The position numbers and the translations under genes are program-made. Positions 29,730 through 39,635 of a DNA stretch of 64,000 bases are shown in pieces; within the stretch, counting starts at the first letter, position 1; each line of letters begins with the position of its first letter. Source of the DNA: an uncultured delta proteobacterium. GTDB taxonomy: Bacteria; Desulfobacterota; Zymogenia; Zymogenales; Zymogenaceae. The notes below the pieces were generated by a model. That model was not told where the DNA came from. It saw only the letters and a program-made list of their open reading frames with translations, and searched no databases. The DNA lies in the NCBI GenBank assembly GCA_963792965.1, contig CAWBYW010000005.1:33064-97063 (forward strand), read 5' to 3'.

Positions 29730-30878
29730 TTACAGACCCATCTTCTTGGCGATGATCTCCCTCATGATCTCGGTGGTGCCCCCAATGATGGAAAGCGCAC
29801 GAATGTCCGCGTAAAGTCGCGCGACCTCGTACTCGGCCATGTACCCGTATCCGCCGTAGATCTGCGTGGCGTCGTACCCGATCCGATTGGCCATCTCGCC
29901 GACACAGGCCTTGAGCATCGAGATCTCTTTGACCACATCCTTGCCCCGGGCAAATGCTGATGCACAGGCATACGCATGCGCCCTGTTTTGTTCGATAGCC
30001 GCGGCCATATCCGCCAGGCGGTGCCGGATCACCTGGAATTGTGAGATCGTCTTCCCGAACGCCTTCCGCTCGCGGGCGTAGTCGATCGTCTTTTCAAGAA
30101 CGTAGTCCGCCGCCCCCAGCCCTTCGACGGCGAGGATCAGACGCTCCAGCTGCAGCTTATTCATGAGGGCGTAGAAACCCTCTCCTTCGTGCCCGAGGAG
30201 GTTCTCGGCCGGTACCGTCACGTCGTCGAAGAAGAGCTCGGCCGTGTCGGACGCATGACATCCGATCTTCTCAAGCTTATGCGACGAGAAGCCCGGCGTT
30301 CCCTTTTCCACGACGAACAGCGAGATTCCCCGATGGGCGGGAGTGGCGCCCGGGTCAGTCTTTGCCGCGACGACGATTATATCGCCATAGTGCCCGTTGG
30401 TGATGAAGGTCTTCTGACCGTTGATGACGTACGAGTCTCCGTTACGCTGCGCCCTCGTGGCGATCCCGGCCACATCGGAGCCCGCGCCCGGCTCCGTTAT
30501 CGCGATGGCGCAGACGGTGCTGCCGGCGATGCAGGGGGAAAGCCACCGCTTCTTCTGTTCGTCCGTCCCAAGGCTGTTGAGATACGTGGAGGACATATCG
30601 TTGTGAACCGTGACCGATACCGCGAACCCGAGGCACCCACACCTGCCCAGCTCTTCGGCCATGACCACCCGAAACAGCTCATCCACCCCGATGCCCCCGT
30701 ACACGGGGTCGTAGCAGAAGCCGAGGAAACCCATCGCCCCCAGTTCCTGCCAGATGGAGCGGGGAATCTCACGATTCTTTTCCCACTCCGTAACGAACGG
30801 CGTCACCCGCTCGGCGAGGAATTTCCTTAATTGTGTTCGAAACTGCTCATGTTCTTCGCCAAATATGTCATACTCCAT
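29730..30878 (-). CDS. Acyl-CoA dehydrogenase
   Basis: AITEPGAGSD, NGQKTFITNG, LQLERL, QIYGGYGY, IIGGTTEIM. Confidence 0.93.
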   Translation of the reverse strand: MEYDIFGEEHEQFRTQLRKFLAERVTPFVTEWEKNREIPRSIWQELGAMGFLGFCYDPVYGGIGVDELFRVVMAEELGRCGCLGFAVSVTVHNDMSSTYLNSLGTDEQKKRWLSPCIAGSTVCAIAITEPGAGSDVAGIATRAQRNGDSYVINGQKTFITNGHYGDIIVVAAKTDPGATPAHRGISLFVVEKGTPGFSSHKLEKIGCHASDTAELFFDDVTVPAENLLGHEGEGFYALMNKLQLERLILAVEGLGAADYVLEKTIDYARERKAFGKTISQFQVIRHRLADMAAAIEQNRAHAYACASAFARGKDVVKEISMLKACVGEMANRIGYDATQIYGGYGYMAEYEVARLYADIRALSIIGGTTEIMREIIAKKMGL

Positions 30879-31036
30879 ATGCTGTTTCCCGTTGCTCCTT
30901 GATATTCACCCATAAGCTCTTGATAATAGAATATGGCTGTTACAATAGCAAGTAAATTTTCTCTGGAGTATCTCAAAAAGTCTCCTTCCCACAACTCCGA
31001 CGGTATCAGACAGGGTACACTGATCGGTCGGATCTC

Positions 31037-32191
31037 TTAGAGTCCCATGAGCCTGCCGATGATCTCCTTCATGATTTCGGTCGTGCCCCCGGCAATCGTC
31101 ACGGCCCGGAGATCGGGGTAGAGCCGGGCGACCTCGTATTCCGCCATGTACCCGTAGCCGCCGAAGAGCTGCGTCGCGTCGTAGGCCATGCGATTGACCA
31201 TCTCGGCGGCCTGGGCCTTGAACATCGATATCTCTTTGGTCACATCGATCCCGCCGGCATAGTTCTTTGCACATTGATAGCCGAAGGCTCGGTTCATCTC
31301 TACGGCCGTGGCCATATCGACGATCTTATGCCGCACGACCTGAAACTTCGCGATCGGCCGCTTGAAGGCGACCCGGGTCCGGGTATAGTCGATAGTCCTT
31401 TCGAGGATACACTGGGCGGTCTCGACGCAGAGGACCCCTGCGATAAGTCGCTCCATCTGGAAGTTCTTCATGATCGCGTAAAACCCCTGACCCTCCTGGC
31501 CGAGGAGGTTCGCGGCGGGGACAGCGGCGTCTTCGAAGAATATCTCGGCGGTATCCGAGGCGTGGCCGCCGATCTTCTCGAGCTTTCGCGCGGTGACCCC
31601 GGGCGTTCCCTTTTCAACGACGATCAGCGATATCCCTTTGTGCGGTGGGTCGGCCTTGGGGTCGGTTTTGACCGCCGTCACCAACAGATCGCCGTAGTAA
31701 CCGTTGGTGATGAAGGTCTTTTGCCCGTTAATGATGTAGCGATCTCCCTTCTTTTCCGCTCGGGTCGTCAGGGCCGAAACGTCGGAGCCCGCGCCCGGCT
31801 CCGTCACGGCGATGGCGCAGACCTTATCGCCCGAAGAGCAGGGGACAAGCCACTCACGCTTCTGCTCATGGCTTCCCAATAGATTGATGTAAGTCGTTGC
31901 CATGTCGTTGTGTCCCGCCACCGAAATCCCATACCCTCCCGACATCGAGCGCGCAAGCTCCTCGGCCATGACGACCCGAAAGAGGTCGTCGGCCCCGGAG
32001 CCGCCGTAGACCGGCTCGTAGCAGAAGCCCAGAAACCCCATCTCCCCGAGTTCTTTCCAGGCAGCGCGCGGGATCTCGCGGTTCTTCTCCCACTGAAGGG
32101 CGTTCGGCGTAACTTTCTGGGCCAGGAACTTTCTTACCTGGGTACGGAATTGCTCGTGTTCGCTCGTGAAGAGATCGTACTGCATCGTCAC
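31037..32191 (-). CDS. Acyl-CoA dehydrogenase (tandem paralog)
   Basis: AVTEPGAGSD, NGQKTFITNG, FQMERL, QLFGGYGY, IAGGTTEIM. Confidence 0.93.
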   Translation of the reverse strand: MTMQYDLFTSEHEQFRTQVRKFLAQKVTPNALQWEKNREIPRAAWKELGEMGFLGFCYEPVYGGSGADDLFRVVMAEELARSMSGGYGISVAGHNDMATTYINLLGSHEQKREWLVPCSSGDKVCAIAVTEPGAGSDVSALTTRAEKKGDRYIINGQKTFITNGYYGDLLVTAVKTDPKADPPHKGISLIVVEKGTPGVTARKLEKIGGHASDTAEIFFEDAAVPAANLLGQEGQGFYAIMKNFQMERLIAGVLCVETAQCILERTIDYTRTRVAFKRPIAKFQVVRHKIVDMATAVEMNRAFGYQCAKNYAGGIDVTKEISMFKAQAAEMVNRMAYDATQLFGGYGYMAEYEVARLYPDLRAVTIAGGTTEIMKEIIGRLMGL

Positions 32192-32240
32192 TCCTTTCGT
32201 TTTTCAACGCAACAACCGGGCAAAGGGTAATGTGTTCACA

Positions 32241-33794
32241 TCAGACTTTTCTTTCTTTCCCCTTCCAGTAGGGGGCTCTGAGCTCGTGTTTGAGTACCTT
32301 GCCGAGGGCACTGCGGGGAAGGACATCGACGAAATCGACGCTCTTCGGTTTTTTGTAGCTCGCGATATGCTCCTTGCAGTGCTCGATGACCCGCGTTTCG
32401 GTAAGGTCGGCATCGGGTTTCTTGATAATGATCGCCTTAACCGCCTCGCCCCAGGTATCGTCGGGAACCCCGATCACCGCGACGTCGGCAACGCCGTCCA
32501 AGAGAAGGATCGCCTCTTCCACCTCCCGGGGGTAGATATTCTCCCCGCCTGAGATGATCATGTCCTTTTTGCGGTCAGCGACGTAGAGATAGCCATATTC
32601 GTCCAGATACCCCATGTCGCCGGTGTGGTACCATCCACCCTTGATTGCCTGTGCGGTTGCCTCGGGCATTTTGTAATATCCCTTCATGACGTTGTCGCCC
32701 TTGCCGATGATTTCCCCCACCATATTCGGGGAACAGTCGGCCCCTTTCTCGTCTATGACCCTCACCTGGACGTTGATGACGGGCCTCCCGGCGGACGCGA
32801 GCCTCTTAACCATATATTCCGGGCCCTCCAGCACGTGATCTTCCGGCAGGAGCATCGTGAGGGTCGGGCTCGTCTCGGTCATGCCGAAGAATTGGATGAA
32901 ATCGCAGTTGAACTTTTTTATCGAGCGCTTGAGGAGGTCCACCGGCATCGGGGCCGTGGCATAGATGATCTTCTCGAGTGAGCTCAGGTCGTATTTATCG
33001 ACGTCGGGATGATCCAGGAGGAACTTGAAGATCACCGGCGTAAAGGCCGTGGCCGTGGGCTTCTCTTTTTCGATGAGCGAAAAGATAACCGTCGGGTCGA
33101 AGCTGTGGACAAACGTCACCTTGGCCCCGATCAGGACGAGGTTGACCAGCATGAAGATGCCGATATGGAATATCGGGAGGAACCCGAGGATATGCCAGTC
33201 CCTGGTCATCTCCATTTCGATGAGGGTGGAAAACGCGTTGGCCATCATGTTTTTGTGGGTGAGCATAACGCCCTTGGGCCTCCCCGTCGTCCCACTCGTG
33301 TAGAGCTGAAGGAACGCGTCCCTTTCATCGATCTTCACCCTCGGCTCCTCTATTGGATAACGACCCAGGAGCTGCTCGTAGTCTATTGAGGCACCGTCAA
33401 GTGCGCCGTCGATGGCGATAAACCGCACCTTTTTCTTCAGCTCCTGCTTCATTGGCTCATAGAGATGGGAAAACCTCTTGGAGAAGAAGATAATGTCCGA
33501 TTGGGCGTCATTCACGAGAAAGGCGAGTTCCTTGGGCGAGAGGCGCCAGTTGAGGTTGGTGGAAACTGCCCCGATCTTGGCGATCGCGAAGAAAGCCTCG
33601 GCAAAGTGGTTTGAGTTATGGCAGATAATCGCGATCCGGTCGCCCTTCCTGGACCCCATGCCCACCAGGGCGTTGGCAAGCCGGTTTATCCGCTCATTGA
33701 ATTGTCGATAGGTGAGCCGTGTCCCCTCGAAAACGACGGCTTCCTTATCGGGGTACCAACGAGCTGCCCTCGAGACCAAATCACCGATAAGCAT
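32241..33794 (-). CDS. Long-chain fatty-acid--CoA ligase
   Basis: YTSGTTGRPKG, FGMTET, YHTGD, DRKKDMIISGGENIYP, GKVLK. Confidence 0.92.
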   Translation of the reverse strand: MLIGDLVSRAARWYPDKEAVVFEGTRLTYRQFNERINRLANALVGMGSRKGDRIAIICHNSNHFAEAFFAIAKIGAVSTNLNWRLSPKELAFLVNDAQSDIIFFSKRFSHLYEPMKQELKKKVRFIAIDGALDGASIDYEQLLGRYPIEEPRVKIDERDAFLQLYTSGTTGRPKGVMLTHKNMMANAFSTLIEMEMTRDWHILGFLPIFHIGIFMLVNLVLIGAKVTFVHSFDPTVIFSLIEKEKPTATAFTPVIFKFLLDHPDVDKYDLSSLEKIIYATAPMPVDLLKRSIKKFNCDFIQFFGMTETSPTLTMLLPEDHVLEGPEYMVKRLASAGRPVINVQVRVIDEKGADCSPNMVGEIIGKGDNVMKGYYKMPEATAQAIKGGWYHTGDMGYLDEYGYLYVADRKKDMIISGGENIYPREVEEAILLLDGVADVAVIGVPDDTWGEAVKAIIIKKPDADLTETRVIEHCKEHIASYKKPKSVDFVDVLPRSALGKVLKHELRAPYWKGKERKV

Positions 33795-33931
33795 GGCTCA
33801 TACCTCCTCTTTGTATAATTGATGCTATTGTGCGTCGGTGAGAGATGCTTTCCCGGTTGACGTACAGTCCGTAGTATCGTGGTTGGACTTATACCGGAAC
33901 GACCGTACGATCCGTCTTCGAGAAGGCCGTT

Positions 33932-34922
33932 TCAGGCGCCCACGTTGCCGTGCCCAATGAGTCCGTTGAGCCTCAGGAGAACCTGCCGGGCCTCCGATGT
34001 GATGCTATGGACGATGTGTTCAATCGTATCGATCTCATCGATCAGTCCCACCCCTTGGCCCGAAGAAAAGAGGAGATCATCGGGGTCGGCGGATGTGCCT
34101 GCGTTCGGGGCCATTTTCCCTCCGGCGAAGGAGAGTATCTCTTGGAGCGTTGCGCCCTCGGCTTCCATCTGCGTGATCCTTTGTGCGGCTTCGTTCTTTA
34201 TCGACCGAATTGGAGTCCCGAGGGATCGGAAGAGTACCATCGTATCGTTCTCGCCGGCTTCCCGGATCCAGCGTTTGATGCCGGGAGGAGGCCGGCGCTT
34301 CTTTAGAGGCCAGAAAGCGGCTGCCCATGAGGACACCCTCCGCGCCGAGGGCCAGCGCCGCGACGAGCCCCCTCCCATCCACGAATCCTCCCCCCGCGAT
34401 CACCGGGACCGAGAGCGTGCGCACCGCCTTGTTGACAAGGACGAGTGACCCGACCTCGGCCGTCCCGACAAATCCTCCACCTTCAAATCCGAGGATCGTT
34501 ACGGCGTCAACACCGGCCAGCTCCGCGTGCCGTGCATACTTGACCTGGGGAACTTTGTGAATCAGCGGAATACGCGCCCCCTTGATGGCGCCGACAACTA
34601 CGTCGGGAGGACGGCCGGCGGTCTCGAAGGCGCCGACTTTCTCCTCTATCCCGACCTCGACGAAATCGGCGGTCAGGGCGGCCGTATCGGCATTGGGAAG
34701 CATGGAGAGATTGAGACCGACGGGACCGTCGGTTTGATCTTTGGCTTTCCTGAGCTCGCGCCTCAAACGCTCGGGGTCCGAAAACGACGCCGCCGGGATA
34801 AAGCAGATGCAGCCAGCGTTGGCCACGGCGGCTGCCATGTCGGCCAGCGTGATGTGGTGCATCGCTCCCACAAGGATGGGATAGCGTATCTTCAGAAGCT
34901 CGGTGATCCTGGTCTTGAACAC
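33932..34922 (-). CDS. Nitronate monooxygenase/FabK-like flavoprotein, frameshift ~34285
   Basis: TRITELLKIRYPIL, GFEGGG, PVIAGGGFVDGRG...LALGAEGVLMGSRF; second frame supplies the C-terminal GQGVGLIDEI. Confidence 0.8.
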
Positions 34923-34978
34923 GGCCGCCTCACCGGGAGGTTGGATGATTTGACGTGCCGACGTGCGTGAATATCTTA

Positions 34979-35028
34979 AAGCATAAAGTTGTGCTTAACC
35001 CTTTAGCATAGTGGTTATAATATGTCAA
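34979..35028 (-). promoter_or_regulatory. Putative promoter and palindromic operator upstream of the acyl-CoA catabolic cluster
   Basis: TTGACA at 35023-35028 (minus); imperfect palindrome AAGCATAAAGTTGTGCTT at 34979-34996. Confidence 0.4.
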
Positions 35029-35262
35029 TAAAATTTTGCGTTAAAAAGGCGCCGGACCATAGCCTCTTTATGGTCTCTCAAAAAAGGAAGCCGCCCCAGA
35101 CCCACGCCTTAATGAGAGAATAGGACATCCCGGATGGGTTATCCTTTACGGAAACGGATCAGGCGGGCGGCGAAACGGCTGGGCCCAGCGTCTATCGAGC
35201 GGCAGGATATCGATGTGGTGATGATGATTAGTCTGATCGAAAGGAATTACTTCGAGATACTC

Positions 35263-36468
35263 TTACTCAAATCTCATTAATTTAGGAATAACGACGATCC
35301 CCGAGGGGCGGATGTCGAATTGTCTCGCGTCATCTTCCTGATTAAGCCCGATGGTCATCCCCTCGGGGATGACAACCCGCTTATCGACGATCGTATTCTT
35401 GAGTTTTGTCCCTTTCTTGATCTCCACGTCGTCCATGATAATACATTGATAGACCTCGCTTCCTTCGAGAATGGTGACGTTCCTCCCGACTACCGAGTCT
35501 TCCACCAGGGCACCAATGATCCGGGTCCCGCCGGAGACGATCGAGTTTCTGATCCCCTCCCCCTCGACCCCCCTCGAGACGATTTTTGCCGGCGGGACGG
35601 GGGGATCGTAGGTGTAGACCGGCCACGAGCGATCAAAAAGGGAAAATCCCGGATCGCTCGATATCAGGTTCATATGAGCCTCCCAGTACGCCTCGATGGT
35701 CCCCACGTCTCGCCAATATGCCGTGGCGCCGGTCTTCTCATCGACAAAGGGGAAGGCATAAACCCGATCGCGCTCAATCATTCCGGGTATGACGTTCTTA
35801 CCGAAATCGTGGGAGCTGCTGGAGAGCTTGGCATCTTCCATGAGTCGCATCACGAGGGTTTTCGTGTTAAAGATATAGATCCCCATTGAGGCCAGTATCT
35901 GATCGGGTCTGCCGGGGATCGTCACGGGGTTCTTCGGCTTTTCCTGGAAACCGACGATACGATATTTTTTGTCGACCGCCATAACACCGAACTGCGTGCT
36001 CATCTCCTTGGGCATTGGGATGGCCCCGATCGTCAAGTCAGCGCCGTTGTTACGGTGGAACGTGATCATCGTTCGGTAATCCATTCGGTAGACGTGGTCG
36101 CCGGAGAGGATCAGCGTGATATCCGGACGCTCCTGCTCGAGGACGTAGATATTCTGGTAGACGGCGTCCGCCGTCCCCTGGTACCAGTCGTCGCTGACGC
36201 GCTGTTGGGCTGGAACGATCTGGACGTACTCGCCCATCTGGTGGGAGAAGAAGTTCCATCCCCGCTGGATATGTCGATCCAGCGAGAAGGATTTATACTG
36301 AGTCAACAGGACGATTTTTCTGAGGCCCGAGTTTGCGCAATTGGAGAGGGTAAAATCGATAATACGGTAGTTTGCTCCGAACGGGACGCTGGGTTTGGCC
36401 CTGTCCCTCGTCAGGGGGTAGAGGCGCTCCCCCTTGCCCCCCGCCAGGATCACGGCCAGTATATTCAT
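35263..36468 (-). CDS. glgC: Glucose-1-phosphate adenylyltransferase
   Basis: ILAGGKGERLYPLTRDRAKPSVPFG, WYQGTADAV, FQEKP, DFGK, YWRDVGT. Confidence 0.96.
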   Translation of the reverse strand: MNILAVILAGGKGERLYPLTRDRAKPSVPFGANYRIIDFTLSNCANSGLRKIVLLTQYKSFSLDRHIQRGWNFFSHQMGEYVQIVPAQQRVSDDWYQGTADAVYQNIYVLEQERPDITLILSGDHVYRMDYRTMITFHRNNGADLTIGAIPMPKEMSTQFGVMAVDKKYRIVGFQEKPKNPVTIPGRPDQILASMGIYIFNTKTLVMRLMEDAKLSSSSHDFGKNVIPGMIERDRVYAFPFVDEKTGATAYWRDVGTIEAYWEAHMNLISSDPGFSLFDRSWPVYTYDPPVPPAKIVSRGVEGEGIRNSIVSGGTRIIGALVEDSVVGRNVTILEGSEVYQCIIMDDVEIKKGTKLKNTIVDKRVVIPEGMTIGLNQEDDARQFDIRPSGIVVIPKLMRFE

Positions 36469-36836
36469 TTATTCCCCTTCGCGTTCCTGCTCAGGATCTC
36501 TTTGATCTTTTCTTTCAAGGCGGTGGTGTCGGATGATTTTACCACGTAGGCGTCGGCGCCCCAGCTCCTGAAATCATCTTTATAGGAAGAATAAGCGGAG
36601 TTGAGGATGATCGGAATATTCTTACGCATCGCGATAATCTTCCCGAGGGCCTCGATGCCGTCCATCTCGGGCATACGGATATCCATGATGATCAGGTCGG
36701 GGGCAAACGTCTTCAGCTTCTCGATGCTCTCCTTGCCGTTGGATGCGGTTGCCACCTCGTATTGCTCCTCTTTGAGATCTTCCTCATAGAGGGCGCATAT
36801 ATTCTCATCATCATCAACGATAAGGATTCGTGCCAT
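36465..36836 (-). CDS. Single-domain response regulator
   Basis: MARILIVDDD...MDIRMPEMDG...YVVKS; stop overlaps glgC start (ATGA). Confidence 0.88.
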   Translation of the reverse strand: MARILIVDDDENICALYEEDLKEEQYEVATASNGKESIEKLKTFAPDLIIMDIRMPEMDGIEALGKIIAMRKNIPIILNSAYSSYKDDFRSWGADAYVVKSSDTTALKEKIKEILSRNAKGNK

Positions 36837-37092
36837 CTTCCCACCCCCGTACGATGTCTGCGGGTTTCTCTCTTCACTTCGCACGACCCGCCATTTATTA
36901 TTTGTCCGCTGATCGGTCACCCATTGGCGATCTCGTAGAAACGCTCGTGCTCATCTATGGCGGCCGCGTGGCGTACCGACGGTTATCGAACCCGCTCAAT
37001 AGGATCTTTACCCAGAAATATTTTATCAAGGTGGGTCAAGCGTGTCAATAGGAACTATCGTCCCACGGCAAATTACCTCCGAGTGTTTCTTT

Positions 37093-37122
37093 TTGACATG
37101 TATTCGACGGAGGTGATATAAT
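37093..37122 (+). promoter_or_regulatory. Sigma70 promoter
   Basis: TTGACA-N18-TATAAT (with TGn extension) upstream of the PilZ gene. Confidence 0.7.
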
Positions 37123-37151
37123 ACTGGAAGTTTGGAAGGGAACGTATCCGT

Positions 37152-38048
37152 ATGGTAGACCGACCCAGCGAAAAGAGCCTCTTTCCCGACCGACGGGATT
37201 CCACTCGTGATCGGGTCAAGATCAAAATCCAATACAAGAACATCGAAAGACTAAAAGAAGAGTGGACTGAAAATATCAGCCACGGGGGTATTTTCATTAA
37301 ATCGACCAATCCCCTGGCCGTCCACACAATCGTCGAGGTCTCCCTGTCCCTCCCCAACGAAGAGCGGCCGGTAACGCTGATCGGGGAGGTTGTGAGAACG
37401 GTATCGCAGCACGAAGCCGACACGAGGGGCACCGCGCAGGGATTTGCCCTCGAGTTCAAGGACTTTTCGGAAAAGAAGAAGGAAATATTTGAATCCATGA
37501 TGAAGTCCTCGTCGATCCCGCCCACGACGAAAGAGGCCGTTATTCAGCTCGGCCCGCCCGCGCCAAACGCCCCGGTCCCGATGGATACCCACGATCGATC
37601 ACGCGTCGAGGAAGAACATTCGGATCATATAGAGATCAAGGCCATCCAGATAAAGAACATGTCCGTCAAGGATAAAATGATGCTCGCGCCTAAGGCAGAC
37701 AAGGCCGAGCGCGCTATCCTGCTGCGGGACCTCAACGCATCCGTGGCCCGTCTCATTATCAGAAATCCCCGCATCACCGATACGGAGATCGCTCAGATCG
37801 CGAAGGATTTCGCGACGCCCGCCGACGTACTGGAAGCCATCGTAAAGAACAGAAAGTGGATCCTGAATCCGGAGATACGACTGGCTATCGTCAAGAACCC
37901 GAGGACTCCCACCCCGCTCGCGCTCAACCAGTTGAACTACGTACAGGTCAAGGACCTCGCCTTTATTGCCAAGAGCCAGCACGTGCGCGAGTCGATCAAG
38001 AACGAGGCGCTCAAGCTTCTGCTCAAGAAGAGGGACTCGGCACGGTAG
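37152..38048 (+). CDS. PilZ domain protein (TIGR02266-like) with helical C-terminal domain
   Basis: RRDSTR and ENISHGGIFI (RxxxR and NxSxxG); C-terminal repeats IIRNPRIT, IVKNRKW, IVKNPRTP. Confidence 0.8.
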   Translation: MVDRPSEKSLFPDRRDSTRDRVKIKIQYKNIERLKEEWTENISHGGIFIKSTNPLAVHTIVEVSLSLPNEERPVTLIGEVVRTVSQHEADTRGTAQGFALEFKDFSEKKKEIFESMMKSSSIPPTTKEAVIQLGPPAPNAPVPMDTHDRSRVEEEHSDHIEIKAIQIKNMSVKDKMMLAPKADKAERAILLRDLNASVARLIIRNPRITDTEIAQIAKDFATPADVLEAIVKNRKWILNPEIRLAIVKNPRTPTPLALNQLNYVQVKDLAFIAKSQHVRESIKNEALKLLLKKRDSAR

Positions 38049-38058
38049 GAGGTGGCCC

Positions 38059-38559
38059 ATGCCCATCTTCGTGGTACAGAAACATAAAGGGACCCGCCTT
38101 CACTACGACTTCCGACTCGAAAAAGACGGGGTGCTGAAATCCTGGGCCATCCCCAAGGGGCCGTCAATGAAGACGTCGGAAAAACGCCTCGCGGTCGCCG
38201 TGGACGATCACGAAATGAGCTATGCCGGGTGGGAAGGGGTAATCCCCGAAGGGCTCTACGGCGCGGGTCCCGTCATGGTCTGGGATACGGGGAGCTACAA
38301 GGACCTCGAGCCGGATGGGTGGAAGAAGGGGAGGATCGAAGTCTCCCTTTCGGGGACAAAGCTCAAGGGTAAGTACGCCGTTGTTCAGATGAAGGGGAGG
38401 GGCGACAAGAACTGGCTCCTCATCAAGATGAAGGACGGCAACGAAATCGAACAGGGAGACGTGCTTGAGACGTTACCCGACTCGGTCAAAACGGGAAGGT
38501 CCCTGGAACAGATCGCGGCCGAAAAGCCGGAGGCGCCTCCCTGTGACGTGAAGGAATAG
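38059..38559 (+). CDS. Stand-alone LigD-type 3'-phosphoesterase (PE) domain protein
   Basis: FVVQKH...LHYDFRLE..GVLKSWAIPKGPS...RLAVAVDDH...WEGVIPEGLYGAG.V..WD.G; AGGAGG before ATG 38059. Confidence 0.9.
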   Translation: MPIFVVQKHKGTRLHYDFRLEKDGVLKSWAIPKGPSMKTSEKRLAVAVDDHEMSYAGWEGVIPEGLYGAGPVMVWDTGSYKDLEPDGWKKGRIEVSLSGTKLKGKYAVVQMKGRGDKNWLLIKMKDGNEIEQGDVLETLPDSVKTGRSLEQIAAEKPEAPPCDVKE

Positions 38560-38699
38560 GTCACAACGCAAGGTCGAGGATCTCGCGTGCGCCCCGACAG
38601 GAGAAGAATGTGCGACGGATACCCGCCGGGCATGGTTCCGGTCGGAGGTAACGGACTTCCGACCTGTTCTCACAAAGAGAGTCTACACGCTCGGCATAG

Positions 38700-39502
38700 C
38701 TACCAGACGATCACTCCCGCATATCCGACGACACTCTTATAGTCGCCCGAGGTCTCTCCCGAAGTCATGTAATTGACAAGCTCGGCGTTTTTTGCCCCGA
38801 GCGCCTTTGCCGCGGTAATCATCACGGTTACCGGTATGACGCCGCACATGGTGATTCTACCCTCCCGAACGGTCTTGTAGACGGCCTCGGGATCGAGCCT
38901 GACAATCTCCTGGACGACTTTCATATCCTTTTCTTTGGCTGTATCGTGCGGCTCGTAGTGGGTCATATCCGAGCTCGCCACGATCAGGACGTCCCCGCCC
39001 GCACCCTTGATCCCCTCCGCAAGCTCGGAGCCGAATGTCAGGCACTCGCCGAGTGAAAGGGACCCCAGGCAAATCGGGACGAGCGAAAAACCCGGCCGCA
39101 GCTTCTGGATGAACGGGAGCTGGACCTCCAGTGAGTGCTCGAATTCGTGGGCACGGGGATCGTCGGCGGCGTTGGTCGAGGAGTCGAGGATCGCGCGTGC
39201 GAGCTTTTCGTCAATCGGCACGTCGCCGAGCGGCATCTCCCAGGACCCGCCGCTCTGAAGGGCGATATGCACGCCCGCCCCCGGTGGCTGGGACCGAGGA
39301 CGACAACGCTTCTCGGAATCCTGACCCGTGAGAAAACCTGCCCGGCTACTTTCCCCGAGTAGATATATCCCGCGTGCGGTGAGACGACCCCGATCGCCCT
39401 CTTCTTTTTGGGCACCTCCTCAAGGAGGGAGGCGACCTCGCGATCGAGAGTCCTCGGATTGAGAGGATAAAATTGACCCGCCACTGCCGGTTTTCTGCTC
39501 AT
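38700..39502 (-). CDS. AmmeMemoRadiSam system protein B (MEMO1), frameshift ~39275
   Basis: RKPAVAGQFYP, PHAGYIYSG, LGPSH; EHSLEVQLPF, ASSDMTHY, MCG, VVGYAG. Confidence 0.88.
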
Positions 39503-39635
39503 CTCTCAACACCTGTCGATAGACTTCTTATCAATAATAGTATCGCGTTTAGCGCGCCCGTGCAAGTCAAAAGCGTCCCTTTTCGTCTTTTTCCTTGACG
39601 AAAAAACTATAGGTAGAGTATCATAAATAATATAG

